Numbered from the whole stretch's first letter, positions 26,327 to 40,467 are shown. The stretch: 62,916 nt of DNA, filler included, from Choristocarpus tenellus KU-1152 (GCA_964200185.2; 15 parts of 15 records of this genome joined end to end with filler, not necessarily neighbours in it); one strand, 5' to 3'. Numbers and translations are program-made. The notes: generated from the sequence alone by a model not told the origin.

Positions 26327-26837
26327 AGTATGTGGCCAGGAGGTAGTCTTGAAATTTGGGGGGTATGTATGCCGTCCATTCCGGGGTGAAACATTTCGAC
26401 CACCACCCACCACAAATCCTGTTCAAGCCCACCACAACCAATGACAAAACCTGCTCAAGACCCACCCCCACCTACCACAGAAATTGTTCAAGACCCACCN
26501 NNNNNNNNNNNNNNNNNNNNNNNNNNNNNNNNNNNNNNNNNNNTTAATTAATTAANNNNNNNNNNNNNNNNNNNNNNNNNNNNNNNNNNNNNNNNNNNNG
26601 GGAGAATTGATTTAAAAATATTTATTTTGGATTGGGGTGGGGTGGGGGGGGGGGGGGGGGGGGGGGTCATCTTATTCCATGCTGTGTGGATACTACTTCT
26701 CTGCTTTTTCTTAGGATACAAGTATGAAAAGATTGTGCAATCGTGCAATCCCCCCTCCCCATCTGTTGAAAATTGACTGTAGTCCCGACTGTGTGGACTA
26801 TCTTCTGTTTCCAATTTCCCATGAAACTGTTGTACAG

Positions 26838-29800
26838 GAGGAATTCTTGAAGATGTTTATGCTGTACCTGAGAAGTCACTTCTACCCTGCGTTTGAGCTG
26901 CTTGTGGTGTTGATCGTGTATGGTAGCTTCAGTACTAGTGGGTACTTCTTGGCAACATTCTCAGTGTACCTTCTGGTGATTGGGCTCCTGTATACTCCTC
27001 TGATCTTCAACCCTAATGGTCTTGACTTCACATATGCAAGGTACAGTACCCTCATTGATACTATTGATACACAATGCCTTGGGAGAAGGAGGGGCGGGCA
27101 AGGTGACTGATTGGGTAGACGTTGGTTTACCTTGAAATATGGTATTTATGAATCTTAAATTCAATTACATTACAATCAATTGAAGGCTAAGAATTTGAAG
27201 CGTTGATCTTTTGACACTTTTTTTTTTTCATGTGCACTGTTGTGTCTGTTGACCATAGAGCTCACAAATATCAGTAATATCAGGAGTGAATATTTTCATT
27301 TGTACACTGTATGTACCTTTTTGTAGTACTCTGTCGACTGCATTAAAAAATATGACACACCAGAGTAGATGATTTGTACACCATACTAGAGTAGATTTAA
27401 TTCTCCATCTGAACACTGTTCTTTTGATAGTATCTTGTGATGGCAACATTGAATGTGCTTGTGGTCATATGCCTACATTTTTGTGTATTGCCTTGAGTAA
27501 ACAGACTTGGTTTGAAATTTGAAATTTGTGTCACAGTGGCTAATTGATATTTGAAGTAGACCCTAACACTAACCCCCATTTTCGCGAATGTTACCGACAC
27601 CTTGTCTGTTGACCAATGAATGGATGTTGACTGCAGCAACGATCTATCTGATTGGATAGATTGGATGAACTCTCCTGTGGATGACCCTGAGAAGGGCTGG
27701 CTATCATGGTTCAGCAAGGAGCTTGAATCTCAAAGGACAGACCTACCCACCTCAAAGAAGGTTGCAGCCATATTCCGTAGATGCAGGTATGATCACGGAG
27801 GCAGTTACATTGTAGCACACAGGAGTTGATTGTTGATTGTCTTATTTTGTTTGTTTTACATATTTTTGTATGTACAAGTCAGTACTGTGCCTTTCTTTTT
27901 TGCCTTGGTTAGAAATTTATTAATAGAAAATTATTAATTGAGAGCTCAAGAATCTAACTTATTGTGAGATAAACTGTTATTGTAGAACTATTCCTGTGCA
28001 GTTTGGTGTAGGATACGGGTAATGCCTTGTAGTGTGTAGTTTGGTGCAGTTTGGTGTAGTTTTTTTTCAATAAATTGCTGCCTATTGAGCACAGGTTGCC
28101 TGCTGTGAGTAGACTTTTTAGGGTGTGTGTGTGTATGTTTTAGATGATGGCATGACAACATGCTGCACCTCATACAACAGGTACCCTCACATTATAGTAA
28201 TATCACTAGTATAGTATTAATACTGTTTTTCCCTGCCTGGTCCCTGACCTTCTTGACCTACCCCTCCTCCTACTCCTCCTCCTCCTCCTCCTCCTCTTGG
28301 TTGATTGTATTTGATGTGTTTGGATTGCATTTGACTTTGGAAGGTATCTCGTCTTGGTGTTTGGATTCCTGACAGCTGTAGAGGAAGAGGATGATGACGG
28401 TAACCTCCAGGAGTGGACGGGAAGGACAGGCTTGGCTGCGTACTTGGTTCTGTTCACAGTAGTGATCATGTGCTGGTCATGGATACTGATGAGACTCAAG
28501 AGAGGGAAGGAGCACAGAAACTTCCAGTCGAGGTGAGTCTTATCAAGTAGTCTAGTAGTTTCAGGTAGGCGTTATGAGTTGAATTTATTTTTTTGCGTGG
28601 ATGAGGAGTGAGGTATTCCATTCTGTTTTTTTGTGGCTAATGCCTTTGCAGGCGTTTTGTAGCGGTTTGAGTATTGATTTTGTGGTAGGGTTAGGGTTAG
28701 GGTTACAGGGCTAGAGTGAAGGTGATAAGATGTGCAAAAAATGGGTTAGGGTTGTTTGGTCCAACGTGGATGGTCCTGGCTGACGCTTTGTTGTGTGGGA
28801 TTATAGACTCTTGATGAGATGCTTTGTTCAAAGTGACACCCTTCTTGTCCTTCTTCTTACCCTTATTTTTCTGCACTATTTCAGGTGGAATCGTGTGAGT
28901 CATATGCTGCTGGTTGTTGGCTTTGTGGTCTTGGTGGGCGTTGGATTCTTGGTTGAAATCGTGTCCAGCATCTCTCAGGTACTTCCAACTGACTGATTGT
29001 GGTTGTTTGTTTTGCAAGCACAGACTTTATTTGTCATGTCAATAGAGTGGCCCTGTACATGTTACATGTTACTTTGTCCTGGCATTGCCCTCTCTCTGCT
29101 TTGATGTTCATTAACCTAACCCTAACCCTAATCTGTATTGATCAAAGTGTTTTTAGACTCTACCCTACTATGGGTGATGTGGGCTAGTTTGGAATGATAG
29201 GTGCTCTTGCACCAGTGTATTGTTATTTTTATTATCTTGTGAGCAATTATTGATTATTATTTTTTACAGTAGTCTTGAGGGTTAGGGTCAATGGCCAATT
29301 AGAACACTAATACTATCAAATTGTAGTGTACAGAACAGTTTAAATATATTTTTTAAATACACCAAGACAGAAACAAACAAGAAATTAATTTTCATGTATG
29401 ATACCTAAGATAGGCTGTTAGTGAAGGGCTTCAATAGCATCCTGGTAAGATACTCTTTTCCTTTTTTGAGGCCATGTCTTTGACCGGCCTATTGATTGTG
29501 TGCTTACCTTGCTCTCTATGTATTATACATCAAATAAGTCATCACAAAAGTAATCCAGAACACATTTCCTGCAGTTACATCAGTCTATGGCTGCTGCACA
29601 TTGGTTTGTCTTCTATGTGCTCCTCAAATAGCGCCCAAATACGTTTTGTGATGGCTAGCATTTCCCAGTGTTTGTCTTTTATTTTGTGTTCCCTTTATGT
29701 GTGCATAGCTTTTAGCCATTGTGTAGAGTGTAGTTAATTTTACTGGTAGATGCAATATGATGCATGCCATACCTCCTATTGATGATATGTCTACCTTCTC

Positions 29801-30698
29801 ATAGTGATACCCATGCCACCACTACAACTAACATGTCTTTTTTAATCTTGAACACCTCCATGACTGTGTATAACATGTAACAGGTATTCTACTTCCTGAT
29901 GGCATTACTTTTCTTGGTGTATTTTATGTCAAACGTGGTGGTCCTCTTCAAGAAGAACGCTCTCCGTGATGTTGGTGTTGCCAAGATGAGTTTCAAGACA
30001 GTGCACCTCAGTGTGGGGTTGATCATTATGACACCCATACTCTTCCTGTCCTTCTTCCCACCATTTGAGAGTCTACAGACACGGATGCTCTTCAGTGAGG
30101 ACTTCTCACAGAGGTTAGTGAAGCTTGAATTCTACTTGCAAGACACACTCTTGCTTGCACTCGGAATGGATGGTACTTGTATATTGTTGGGGGGGGGGGG
30201 GGGCAGGACTGGGAAGTGAAAAGTCGCTGTGCACATTTGAGGTTGTACAGATCTTCGGAGAGGAAGGAGCTATTTCCGAGATTGTAGATTGTATGCAGGA
30301 TTCATTGCTTATGTTATTAATGTTACTCATTTTGTTGTGTCCTACAATGTTCTTGGTAGTGTATGCTTTCATTTCATTCTATGTCTACTATGTCGCGTGT
30401 GTGTGTAAATCTAGAGAGAGCTAGCTCTACTTCTGTGCATATATGTGCATCTTCACACCTTGCTTTTAGTTGACTTTTTACCTCACTTTGCAAGAGCCGT
30501 TCCCTTCAGCAATGACGTTTCTGCCTCCTTTGGATATATTATACATACATGTATATTATGTTTTTGAAGCATGAAAAAAATGTAACCACATGTCATCACA
30601 TGTCATCCGTAATATACAAGAGAGAAATAAGTGAAAAGGAGAATTTCATGTTGAGAACAAACACCTTATCAGGTGTGTACAGTTCCACTAGGTAAGCA

Positions 30699-30752
<54 letters not shown>

Positions 30753-30862
30753 TGCTCATTGTTACCACATTGCATGAATGTTGATGTTGGTGATACAGAT
30801 TTTCGATTGCGAAGATCTTTGCTCGTGAGAACAAACGCCATACTGTCAAGAAGAATGAATGA
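26838..30862 (+). CDS. 1,3-beta-glucan (callose) synthase, GT48 family, 3' part
   Basis: Exons 26838-27040, 27637-27786, 28344-28532, 28885-28978, 29884-30113, 30799-30862. Motifs LYLRSHF, PLIFNPNGL, DLSDWIDWM..KGWLSWFSKEL and FESLQTRMLFSEDFSQRFSIAKIF, plus multiple TM segments; stop at 30860-30862. Confidence 0.92.
30699..30751. repeat. (CA)n microsatellite
   Basis: Direct dinucleotide run in the last intron of the glucan synthase. Confidence 0.95.
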
Positions 30863-31085
30863 GGCACTGCACAAGTCACTCTTGTTGACAACTGAGGTTC
30901 TCTGTCCCTTCAAGTAGTGCGTGAATTTTATTCACCTCAGGCTGTGGGTGGGTGTAGTGAGAGAAAGTTGGGGGAGGGGGGGGAGNNNNNNNNNNNNNNN
31001 NNNNNNNNNNNNNNNNNNNNNNNNNNNNNTTAATTAATTAANNNNNNNNNNNNNNNNNNNNNNNNNNNNNNNNNNNNNNNNNNNN

Positions 31086-33270
31086 CTGTCTGCAGGTGTG
31101 AACTCCTGTCTTATCCCTCGATCACGACAAAGAGCGCCGAAAGCACCCTCATAAAATTCCCCCCCATTATCAGACCGCACACACATGACCCGAGAGGGAG
31201 TACCATCAGCTGGGATATCGACCAGGTACTTCTTGAAGGCTTCGGCGGCATCCAACTTTGCACAAAGGAAATACAACCAAACAAAACGAGAATAATCGCC
31301 CCGGATTATCATGATGTATTGTTTGCCACCGATTGAAAGGGTAGCCCTCTTCCCACTTAGATCGACAAAAACACGATCCAGCTTTCTTGCCACCCTTGAA
31401 GACGTGCTGGACCAGACGCCCTTCCGTATGCCCTTGCTCATAGAGCAGCCCACACATGGCTCCAGCTCATCCACCAATGTAATGCCCATTAAAGTGGCGG
31501 TGGACTTGAGCAATGCCTCGTGTGCGTGGCCATACGAGCGGTGGAAGATGTTAATTTCGATCTCCGTGGGGGGAGCGTGGGATGCAAGCGAGGGGGTTAT
31601 AGTGTAGTGGTCTTTAAAGCAACTTCAGCATTTCGAACTGGTGGCGGCAATATGCGTTGACCAAGGAGGGTGTAATGACAACCAGAATCTCTTGTGAAGA
31701 TAAGTATTCCATCTAATACCGAGAATGTACTAGCTGTGAAAATGCCTTTCGCACCCTTATCTGCTGCTGCTTGGCAAGAAAAAAGATTGAATCCAAGATC
31801 GGGGACATGAGGGACATTTTGAAGGAGTATTTCTACCTCCTTGTTGTCACGTGACGGAAACAAGATGGTTAGATCACCATGACCAGCGATGCAAGAAGAA
31901 TTTTGGCTGGCATGGCTACCCTTTGGTCTCCAACACAAGGCTTGCAATTTGTCATGGATCTTACCATATTTGTCATCATATGACATGAAGCCGCAGTGTC
32001 CAAAATCCATTCTTCTTTCTCGCGGCCAACCCCAACATTCTTCACAAAACATTCGTTTTCCCCACACTTACCTGGAGCATTGCCGCTCGGAGAGTCCTCA
32101 GTGGCGGCCAGTAGTGCGTATCGCTCGTTGTCGCTGCAGCAGGTGATACTTTCCACAGTAGTATGGGAAGGATTCGCCTCGGCCTCGATCTCTTCTTTCC
32201 CAGACTGCACCATAGTCAAGAACACCGAAGTCCACGTTGTTGCATCATGGGCACGTCCACCACACTTGTTGCAAATGCAGTGTGGGCAAGCTGGCTTCTC
32301 ATGTCCATGCTTTCCACATCTCTCACAAGGAATCTTCTCTGGATGTCTTGGGTTGGAATTAGAACCATTTTTATTTATTCCACCATTAATTTTATATTCG
32401 GCGCCGCGACCTTGGCTGTTGCGATGAGACTGATTCTTCCCTTGTGGAGAGCTGTTAACAACCAAAGCATGGTTGTTCTTGTGTCTTGAGTCCTTCCCCT
32501 GATGAAGGGAAGCATATCGCTCTCTAGCAGTTTTCTCTACTTCTGCTCGACATAGTGTTCTCTGCGAGACCATCACACGTATCTCGGTATCGTAATCTGA
32601 TCCGAGCGCACTCAGGAACTGTAGGAGCAGCAGCTTGTCCGAGATGACCAGGTCCATTGATGAGCCAAAGCATCTTAGAGGGTAGAGTCGCGTCAATTTG
32701 GGGGTCATAATCCAATGTTGCGATTTTGATGTAATTTTGGCTATTGTGTTTGTTACGAAGTGTCAATATCCATGGTTCCGGACACAATTTTTCGTAACAT
32801 ACACATTTTACATGCTCCTAAACATTTTTGAGTAGGAAAATGCCATTAAAAAAACATGGGAAGTCAAGCCCCAAATGGACAAAGAGGGAAAAATCCTACC
32901 CTCGAACATACTTTTACTCTGATAGCATCCTCCCCCGTAGCTCTTCCAGGTGGTTTAGAGTCAGGATCGGATTCGCCCCCTTCTTCACCTTTGAAGTGAA
33001 AAACTCACGGAACAAATGTTGGCTATAACCCACTGTATTAGGCATGAACCAATCATCTAATGCTCGGAAAAGCTCCCTCGGGCTTTATTGCATATAGCAT
33101 AGTACCCTGGTGGTGGGTGCGACGAGAGCAACAGTAAGTGCATGGTACGCCTCTTCAGCCATCCAGATATTATTCACAGTGAAGCCGTCCGAGAGAGCAT
33201 TCTTGATTGACTGGTCTTTCACTTGTCAACGCACCCAAGCAGTGGGTATAGTTGAAACCTGAATCGAATG
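31086..33270 (-). mobile_element. Ty1/Copia retrotransposon gag-protease-integrase, degenerate, interrupted by a MITE
   Basis: gag helical region (LFREFF..LEELRGRMLSMDLVISD..QFLSALGSDY), zinc knuckles CERCGKHGHEKPAC and CNKCGGRAH, protease WILDTAASCHM, integrase HRSYGH..CVGC, VFVDLSG and VRSDNGGEF. The order PR-IN is Copia; frameshifts are present. Confidence 0.95.
32662..32919. mobile_element. Complete family A MITE (258 bp) inside Copia gag
   Basis: GAGCCAAAGCATCTTAGAGGGTAG...CTACCCTCGAACATACTTTTACTC, flanked by tgat on both sides; removing it plus one duplicate restores the gag frame (RML-S-MDLV). Confidence 0.92.
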
Positions 33271-33768
33271 CATCGTACATGTAGGCAAAATGCGTAGACC
33301 ACTAGCGATGAGGAATAATGGTGTTGCAAAGCACCAATGAGTGGTATGCGTAGTCTATGTTATGTATAGGTGTGATGGTGCTGCAAAGCACCGATGTATA
33401 TATTCTGTTGTAACTGAGGTCATTGATCTCTCAGTCAAGAATTATGTGATGTGAATTCATTGTTCTTTCATGTGATACTCAACGAAAGAAGTCCATGATC
33501 TGTGGAGAGGCCTGTTGCCTTGGCTGGCAAGGGTTTCCGCGTATGGTTTTAACTCTGATTATATTACATCCATGTCTGTGTTTGATACACAGTGGCCTTG
33601 ATGCAATTTGAGAGATCAATGGCAGTCACGAAAGAAATAATAATCAACCATCAATCTACAACTATCATCTTCTGCTGATACAGTACCTACACCGATTTTG
33701 TTCACCCCTGGGTATGCCCTATAAAAGCGGCACAGAATCTATATGGTGTAATATCGATTTTGTAGTAA

Positions 33769-33869
33769 TTAGGGTTAGGGTTAGCTGGGAATCAATCGTC
33801 GAAGCAACTAATTAATCGTGGTGAGCTGGGAAATCAATCGTCGAAGCGACTAATTAATCGTGGCGAGCT
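33769..33869. repeat. (TTAGGG)2 followed by a ~41-bp tandem repeat running into the contig end
   Basis: agctgggaa(a)tcaatcgtcgaagc(a/g)actaattaatcgtgg(t/c)g twice, with a third unit starting. Confidence 0.85.
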
Positions 33870-34520
33870 NNNNNNNNNNNNNNNNNNNNNNNNNNNNNNN
33901 NNNNNNNNNNNNNTTAATTAATTAANNNNNNNNNNNNNNNNNNNNNNNNNNNNNNNNNNNNNNNNNNNNAGTGAAAATCGATAAAAGGGTGAAAAACGGA
34001 CGCCGACACCCCCCCCCAGATACTTTGACCCTTCTTAAGGCCGGTCTCCATACTACTAAGGTTCATAACCTGTAGAAGAGTGACATTTTGTGGGGTATCT
34101 TCTCACTTCTTATTTTATTATTATTTGTCCCTCATACATAAGTCAACAGTTACGTCAAAGTAGTTGGATGGAAAATAAAAATCCATACATACCCCATTCC
34201 TAATCCGGATGTATTCTCGCATTAGTCACATCTCTCATACACAAAATAAGGTACACCTCACTCTTGTCCTATTTTGTACAGTTTCTGATGTGACCCAAAC
34301 CGATCGAATATTGTCAGGTCAACAACAAGCACATCGTATGTGAAACAACAGAAGAAAACGGAGGGAGCGCAGCACACCATAGCAAACAGTTCAAAGTAAA
34401 CAGTTCAAAGTATGCCCAAGAGTGGAAAATATGCATTCGATTGTGTTCCAGTTTGTGAGGTTTGTTTTCTGCGGCATTTACGCATTTACTACCCCTGGAC
34501 CTCGCCACCAGCAGGCCTAC

Positions 34521-37500
34521 CTTGCGGGTAAATAAGATCCACTTGGTAACATAGAGGGCAAGAAGTACCACCTCAAGGCTTGTGCCCAACCATGCTAGCG
34601 CCTTCATCCAGGTCCAAGTCGACCATGACGACAAGGACACCAGACCAGGGGGTGGATATGCAAAGTCAGTATATTGTTCTCTGTCTGCTATTGGTGAGTG
34701 GGGGCTAGGAATAATCATTCTGTTACGTGGCCACTGGTGTGTACGCAATACATTATTTTGGCACAGTTGCAGCATAGGCCCTCACAGTAAGTCTGCATTG
34801 CGTTTTTGTTCCTCTTTAAGTACAGCAATGCACCCCCTTTCTATTGCAAAGCTCTATAGAGTTCGTCCTGTGTCCATAAGTTGACTGGTCAAGGTCTAAA
34901 AATCAACATGACGACTTACCTGCCAGACCGTGTCATTTGTCTCAACGGTCTTGGAGAGGAGGAGCCAAGGTAGGCTGAGCCCAAGGAGTGACAGTGGCAC
35001 CATGAAGTAGCCTATGTGGCAGTCTGTTAGGTACTCGATGGGGTCCATCAAGGTTAAGAAAGTGCGTTTCAGCGACATGGCACAGGTAAGTGGTGTATAC
35101 ACAGAGCAGAGGGGCAGTAGACAACGTATCAAACACAGAACACTTCCTTCTGCACCACTGTACTATTCTGTGTACTACAATACTAGAAGGAGGGACTCCA
35201 ATTGCGTAGCTGGATCTCTCAATGGTTAGGAAGGAGGCCAAAGGTCTTGGTTCTAGAATATTAGAAAGAAGGGCTCGATGATGTAGGTGTGTATTTCGAT
35301 GACTAGGAAGGAAGCGAAGGTTTAGGTTGCAGTGCATCTGATAGGCAAAGAAGGACACCTAGATTTCTATTCTATTGCTTTGTTGTATTGATCCTGATAC
35401 AAACGCTTATCCTTAGTGCTCTCCGCAAGTGCATTATCGTGAGCTATTTACTTACACTTGATGATGTGGAATTGCTGCCACTTGTCCTTTTCATCTCGAG
35501 GCTTAGCGGTTAGATCCGTGGGGTTCGGGGGAACGCCCTGACAACACACACCAGTTTTTAGAAGTTGTTTGGAAGTCGAAGATCAATACTCCATAGCAAG
35601 GAGGGTGTCACAAAAATAGCTTAGATCATAGAAGTAGGAGAGTAAAATAGAGAAGGTGGTGAGCCAATTTATGTCGAGTATTAGATATTTATTAGGTTAG
35701 GGCTATGGAGGGACATATGCAATAGTTTAAAAATCGGTTCTAAGAGCACTCATATCGATTTCAGTGAAGATTGGATGGTAGAAAGGTTGTATCACAGTAT
35801 GTAGGTTGTGCTACATATACTAGTAAATTTTGAGTAGGATTAAACTTCGGGTGTAAAAAAATAATTTGAAAATGTGTTGCAGCAGGAACGTGTCAAAACG
35901 AGCAAGTGTTGAGGGCGTTAAGGGCAAGGCAGGCGTGTGAAATAGGGACTAATGTTAGAATATGTTGAGAGTTCAGTCCAGGTCATAAGACCAGGGGATT
36001 GGAGTTGCACTAGGGAAAGGGCAAAGAGAATCCTTGTATGTGTGGTTAGACCAAAAATTTGGAATTGAACAATTTGAAAGCGCTTGAGTCAAAATTAATC
36101 TGTAGGATATTTTGAATGGAGCTCTGACTGGCAATGGTAAATGGGAATAATGATATCAATGACGATGGCTAGGAATAGGTTGCAATGGATGTTTAAATCC
36201 ACAAAATACTCCCAAAGATACACACTTCTACTATACTATGAATATTACAATATTGAGGTACTGGATTTACAAGTTATGTTTCTGATGGTTTAGTAATGGC
36301 GAAAGCGTCGTGTGAAATCTACAAGGTTTCGGGTTGAAGGTGCGCACTACTCTTGGGTATATCTAGAACACCATTTTCGAGGTCAATAGGAAACTAGTGG
36401 TTATAGGAGAGCAGGAGTGCATCTTTGTTGGGGTGTTAACGGGTATTCTTTCCATTTAATATTTTGGCCCTCAACATCAGAACTGAATTGTCAACAAAAT
36501 AGAAAAAGACTTACCACTATATTTTTGCGCAGAGATAAGCGTTTGGGGAAAGAAACATGATTACAAAGGTAAATGCATTACAGATTGATAGACAACAACT
36601 GAGCAGGGGTTTTTGAAGGAGGGATGATGAAGTAGGTTTGACAAGGATACAGATCATTTCCCCCCCCTCTCCATAGAAATCGAACATAAATCCGAGGATG
36701 AGCAGCAAACCATGAACCTTTAACCCCAAATAAACCCTACACTTACCCTTAATATAGCCGGAAGGGTTCGAAAAATATCATCTTTCCATTAATTATTTTA
36801 TCTCCAGTAGTTTATAATACCCGAACATACTGCTACAAATATGTGTGCATGCGCTTAGCCCCCAACACCTACCAAACAACCTCATTCTGCACCTCCAACA
36901 ATAACCGCCGTAAACATTAGTTGGGTACAAAAATTTTCAAGCTCTGTCCTTCATATGCCAAGTCTACAGACCTCCATCTGTATTGATTCGTAGATCAACG
37001 TACACATCAGATTACTACTAAACCACACGCTGTTCCAGACTGTTCCAGGATACTGCACACCTTCGAGCGGTAGGTGATCACCTCAGGAGGTATATTCATA
37101 CCAGTACGAAGATTGTGCTTCTCCCAAGTATATATTGTGTTTGCCCTTGCGACATTGCATTCAGAGCGAGGGATAGGAATCGTGTTGCAGAGGTGAAAGA
37201 AAGAAGGGATGGAGATTCTGGGCCAAGTACATGATATGTCACCAATCCCTTTGTTTCGATAGAACATGGTGTTTGGCATGTTGAGGGTCTAGGGAATTAG
37301 GAGAAATACTGGCAAAATTCCTATTTTGGGGATTATGCGACTTCTGAAATTTTGTTTCAACAGTGCTCTCGTTGTAATTATACAACAAAGGTAATCTCTT
37401 GTGACAAGATTGTTAATCTTCGCTCTGTTTATTATATCTTTTCCGTGAAGGAAGTAGTCCCGCAATAACGAAATAAGTTGAGCAGTACATAAACCGGAGT

Positions 37501-39153
37501 GACTACCCTGGATACTTCAAAGCTTGTGCTCAGAGAGAGATTAAGCCAGAGCTGGGGCTAGGGGTAGGGATAGGCAACATATAAATATGAAATATGCGCT
37601 TCCAGTTCTACCTACAAGTCGCCTCTCAAAGCTCCACCTGTTCCTACCTGCAATAATGTGTTTTGATTTTCCGTGTCCAAACTGGTGCATTGTATGTCGG
37701 AGCAGAGGGTAACAACAGTGCTATACAATTCATAGGAAGGAAAAGGTTGACTACACCTTAAGTATGAAGAGGGTACTACCAAAAGCAAGATGCACCATAG
37801 TGCCATTACTCAAAGTATTTTATACCCTATGCATGGGCGCTGAGTAGTATCGTGACCAGGACCCTACTATCTGAATTATTCAGCCCAAGCCTCAAAGTAA
37901 GGTGCATTGACTCCTACTTGTGGATTCCAGTAAGTTGGCCAAAAGCTGAACTAGAAACTCTGGTTGCCTCGGCTATTTTTTTCTTGTTCTCCCACAAGGG
38001 TACGATAGCATGTGATGGGGTATTAGGACCATTGGATTACGGGGCTAGGGCGAAGGAGGGTAAGGATAATACGTTGAACATTTGTTAAATAAATATTGAG
38101 AAAGCCCCATATTGACAAGCCCGCCTTGTCCCATACACCAACGGTGCAGAGTATCAGGCATGCTGGGCGAGTGAAAAGTGTTAAGGTACACTATTTTATA
38201 CTAAGTAGTTCTGTACAGTGTTCATGTTAAAGTCATGTCAAGGTTTTTCATGTGCTCTTTGTTAAGGGAGTAATCATACTTGCAATGAGATTAGATGTAA
38301 TAAAGAGAATTACGTTTCAAGGTGATATTTTGGTATTATACACGCCAAGATCAAGGACTTAAACATGTCTGTTAGCCATCAGGATACATTTGTAAAATAT
38401 AGTTGCTCAATACGTTGATTACATAAGCCATTCTAGCTAAACCCTACCTGCTTCCCACGTGGAGGCGGTAAACAGAGGGTGATATCACACCAATCTTCAC
38501 AAGATAGCCAAAGACCGAGCACCCAGCACAAAAGTCAATAGTGCCTTGTAGCCCAGCTGCGACTGCCAGCAAAGCCTTACATATATGATGAGCGTAGGCA
38601 GGAAGTGAGGTGTAAGCAACTGAGAACTCAGGATCGTGTTGAGGAACAAATTATTTAAGGGGTGTTTTTGTGAGGTACAAAAAACACAACAGAAATAATT
38701 TTTTGTGTGTGTCTTACCCTCCCTTCCATGTTCTGTACTGTGCTGTACTGTTCTGACCGTACTTGAATGTGTATTAAATTGTTGAAATACTTTAATGGTA
38801 CTCCGAAGTATATATAGTATTATGCCCACTGAGTATTGTGTACACTTTGTCAGGGAGGGAAAAAGAAAAAACGTGTGAAGACAATGGAGTACTCTATCTT
38901 GTTTCCCACACTTTCACTAGTTTGGCGTTGGTTATGTATCGACGGAATTCTTCATATATATAAATCAATATGTGTCTTCAGGGTTTGTACAATGAAAGGG
39001 ATAGGAAACTCGTCTGAGAAGGTCCTATTTTCACCACTACTTCTCACCAGCACAATGCGACCACCCACAATGCTTCCGCCAAAGAGGCAGGAAACTGCAA
39101 TAGCCGACATGGTGGTCCCAATCAGGTTCGCAAACAACTTGGTCACACCTGGT
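34521..39153 (-). CDS. Partial gene: DUF4395 domain fused to a SLAC1/TDT-family (TehA/Mae1/Ssu1-like) anion channel
   Basis: Phase-compatible exons 39153-39048, 38575-38448, 37145-37061, 35537-35456, 35023-34920, 34601-34521 give PGVTKLFANLIG...ALLAVAAGLQGTIDFCAGCSVFGYL (DUF4395-type FCxGC), a linker, then FHIIKYCHIGYFMVPLSLLGLSLPW...ALAWLG..LLALYVTKWILFTRK (SLAC1/TDT TM1-TM2 pattern). Confidence 0.8.
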
Positions 39154-39613
39154 CTGCAGTTTTGAATGAAATAGCAGGACACAGCAACTTAGTAGAGGGG
39201 AAAATAGATCAAGGTGGCAGATTTTAGTAGAACAACATAAGGAAAAATGAGAGGTCTTCGAATGCAGACAGTTAAATTGAGATGATAAACACCATCATAC
39301 TGTCTCCGTCATGACTTATTTTGGTGGGAGGGAGACAATTATCCTTCTTCCCATAGTAGTGAACAGTTCCCCACAGATTACCCTCCCCTCATTTCATGCC
39401 TTACATGAGCAATGTGAGTCACAGATTAGCATCAAACCAAACATGAACTGATAGTGGATCCCGTCTCACAAGTAAAGAGTCCACATATAACGTGGTGACA
39501 TGCAGGTCTAACCTAGACACGCTGACACCTCATAGCATCCGCTCCAAGGTAGTAAAAGGACGAGATAGATACAGGGATACACTGTTTTCCTCTACTCTTT
39601 TCTCAGTATGTTG

Positions 39614-39848
39614 GAGTGAAAGTATCTTAGAGGGTAAGAGTTTTACCCTGTTTGTCCATTTGGGGCTTGACTTCCCTACTCCAAAATGTCTAGGAGTAGG
39701 TAAAATGTATACGCTATGAAAAGGTGAGTCCAAAACATAGATATTGACACTTCCTAACAAACACGATAGCCTCAATTTCATCAAAATCGCAATATTGGAT
39801 TTTGACCCCCAAATGAACGCGGCTCTACCCTCTAAGATAATTTGGCTC
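39614..39848. mobile_element. Complete family A MITE (235 bp), 3-bp TSD TTG
   Basis: GAGTGAAAGTATCTTAGAGGGTA...TACCCTCTAAGATAATTTGGCTC, flanked by ttg on both sides. Confidence 0.9.
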
Positions 39849-40181
39849 TTGGGCTATAGTCTGGAGATGACAGTTATAATTACTGTTTTTGATGGGTCTC
39901 TGTAACTGTTTTCTGATTTGCATCTCTACTTCTCTACATACTCTGATCCAATTACACTCCTAATGGGGACTCCTGGATTGGGTCACAAGAATCAGGTGTC
40001 TCAATCATCGCATTTGCAAGCTCCTTAGCAACAAAACAGCGAAACCACATCTCGCTCTAGGATACTTTGGCTCAGGACCCTCTCTTAACCACTATACATC
40101 TCCCAGTGCATACAACGTTTCTGAAGAGCAGGTACATGCAGAATCTTGCCTCAACATTCGGCTTTAACTGACATTAGTTTG

Positions 40182-40297
40182 GACCCAAAGTATCTGTGGG
40201 GGGGGGGGGGGGGGGGGTTTACGCCAGGGTGCCCTTTCGGGGCAAAATCAGGAAAGGGGTATTTACATTTTCCATCCGACCAATCAAAAAAAATAAC
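40182..40297. mobile_element. Family B MITE left part, cut by a spacer
   Basis: GACCCAAAGTATCTGTGGG(G)n-tttacgccagggtgccc resembles 52166-52210. Confidence 0.8.
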
Positions 40298-40467
40298 NNN
40301 NNNNNNNNNNNNNNNNNNNNNNNNNNNNNNNNNNNNNNNNNTTAATTAATTAANNNNNNNNNNNNNNNNNNNNNNNNNNNNNNNNNNNNNNNNNNNNCTG
40401 GTGGGCGTGTGCTCTTGCTTGACCTTTGCTGCCCCAATCATGTGCTGTGGGGGGGGGTCCTGTGCAG

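Noticed and set aside
34030-34069. Next SLAC1 exon starting VMN after a good acceptor
   Set aside because: The expected conserved VxxExxHP-like motif does not follow and the frame runs into a MITE; unresolved, so excluded from the gene model.
35031-35085. Plus-strand exon YSMGSIKVKKVRFSDMAQ with a strong donor
   Set aside because: No partner exons; it lies in an intron of the well-supported minus-strand SLAC1-type gene.
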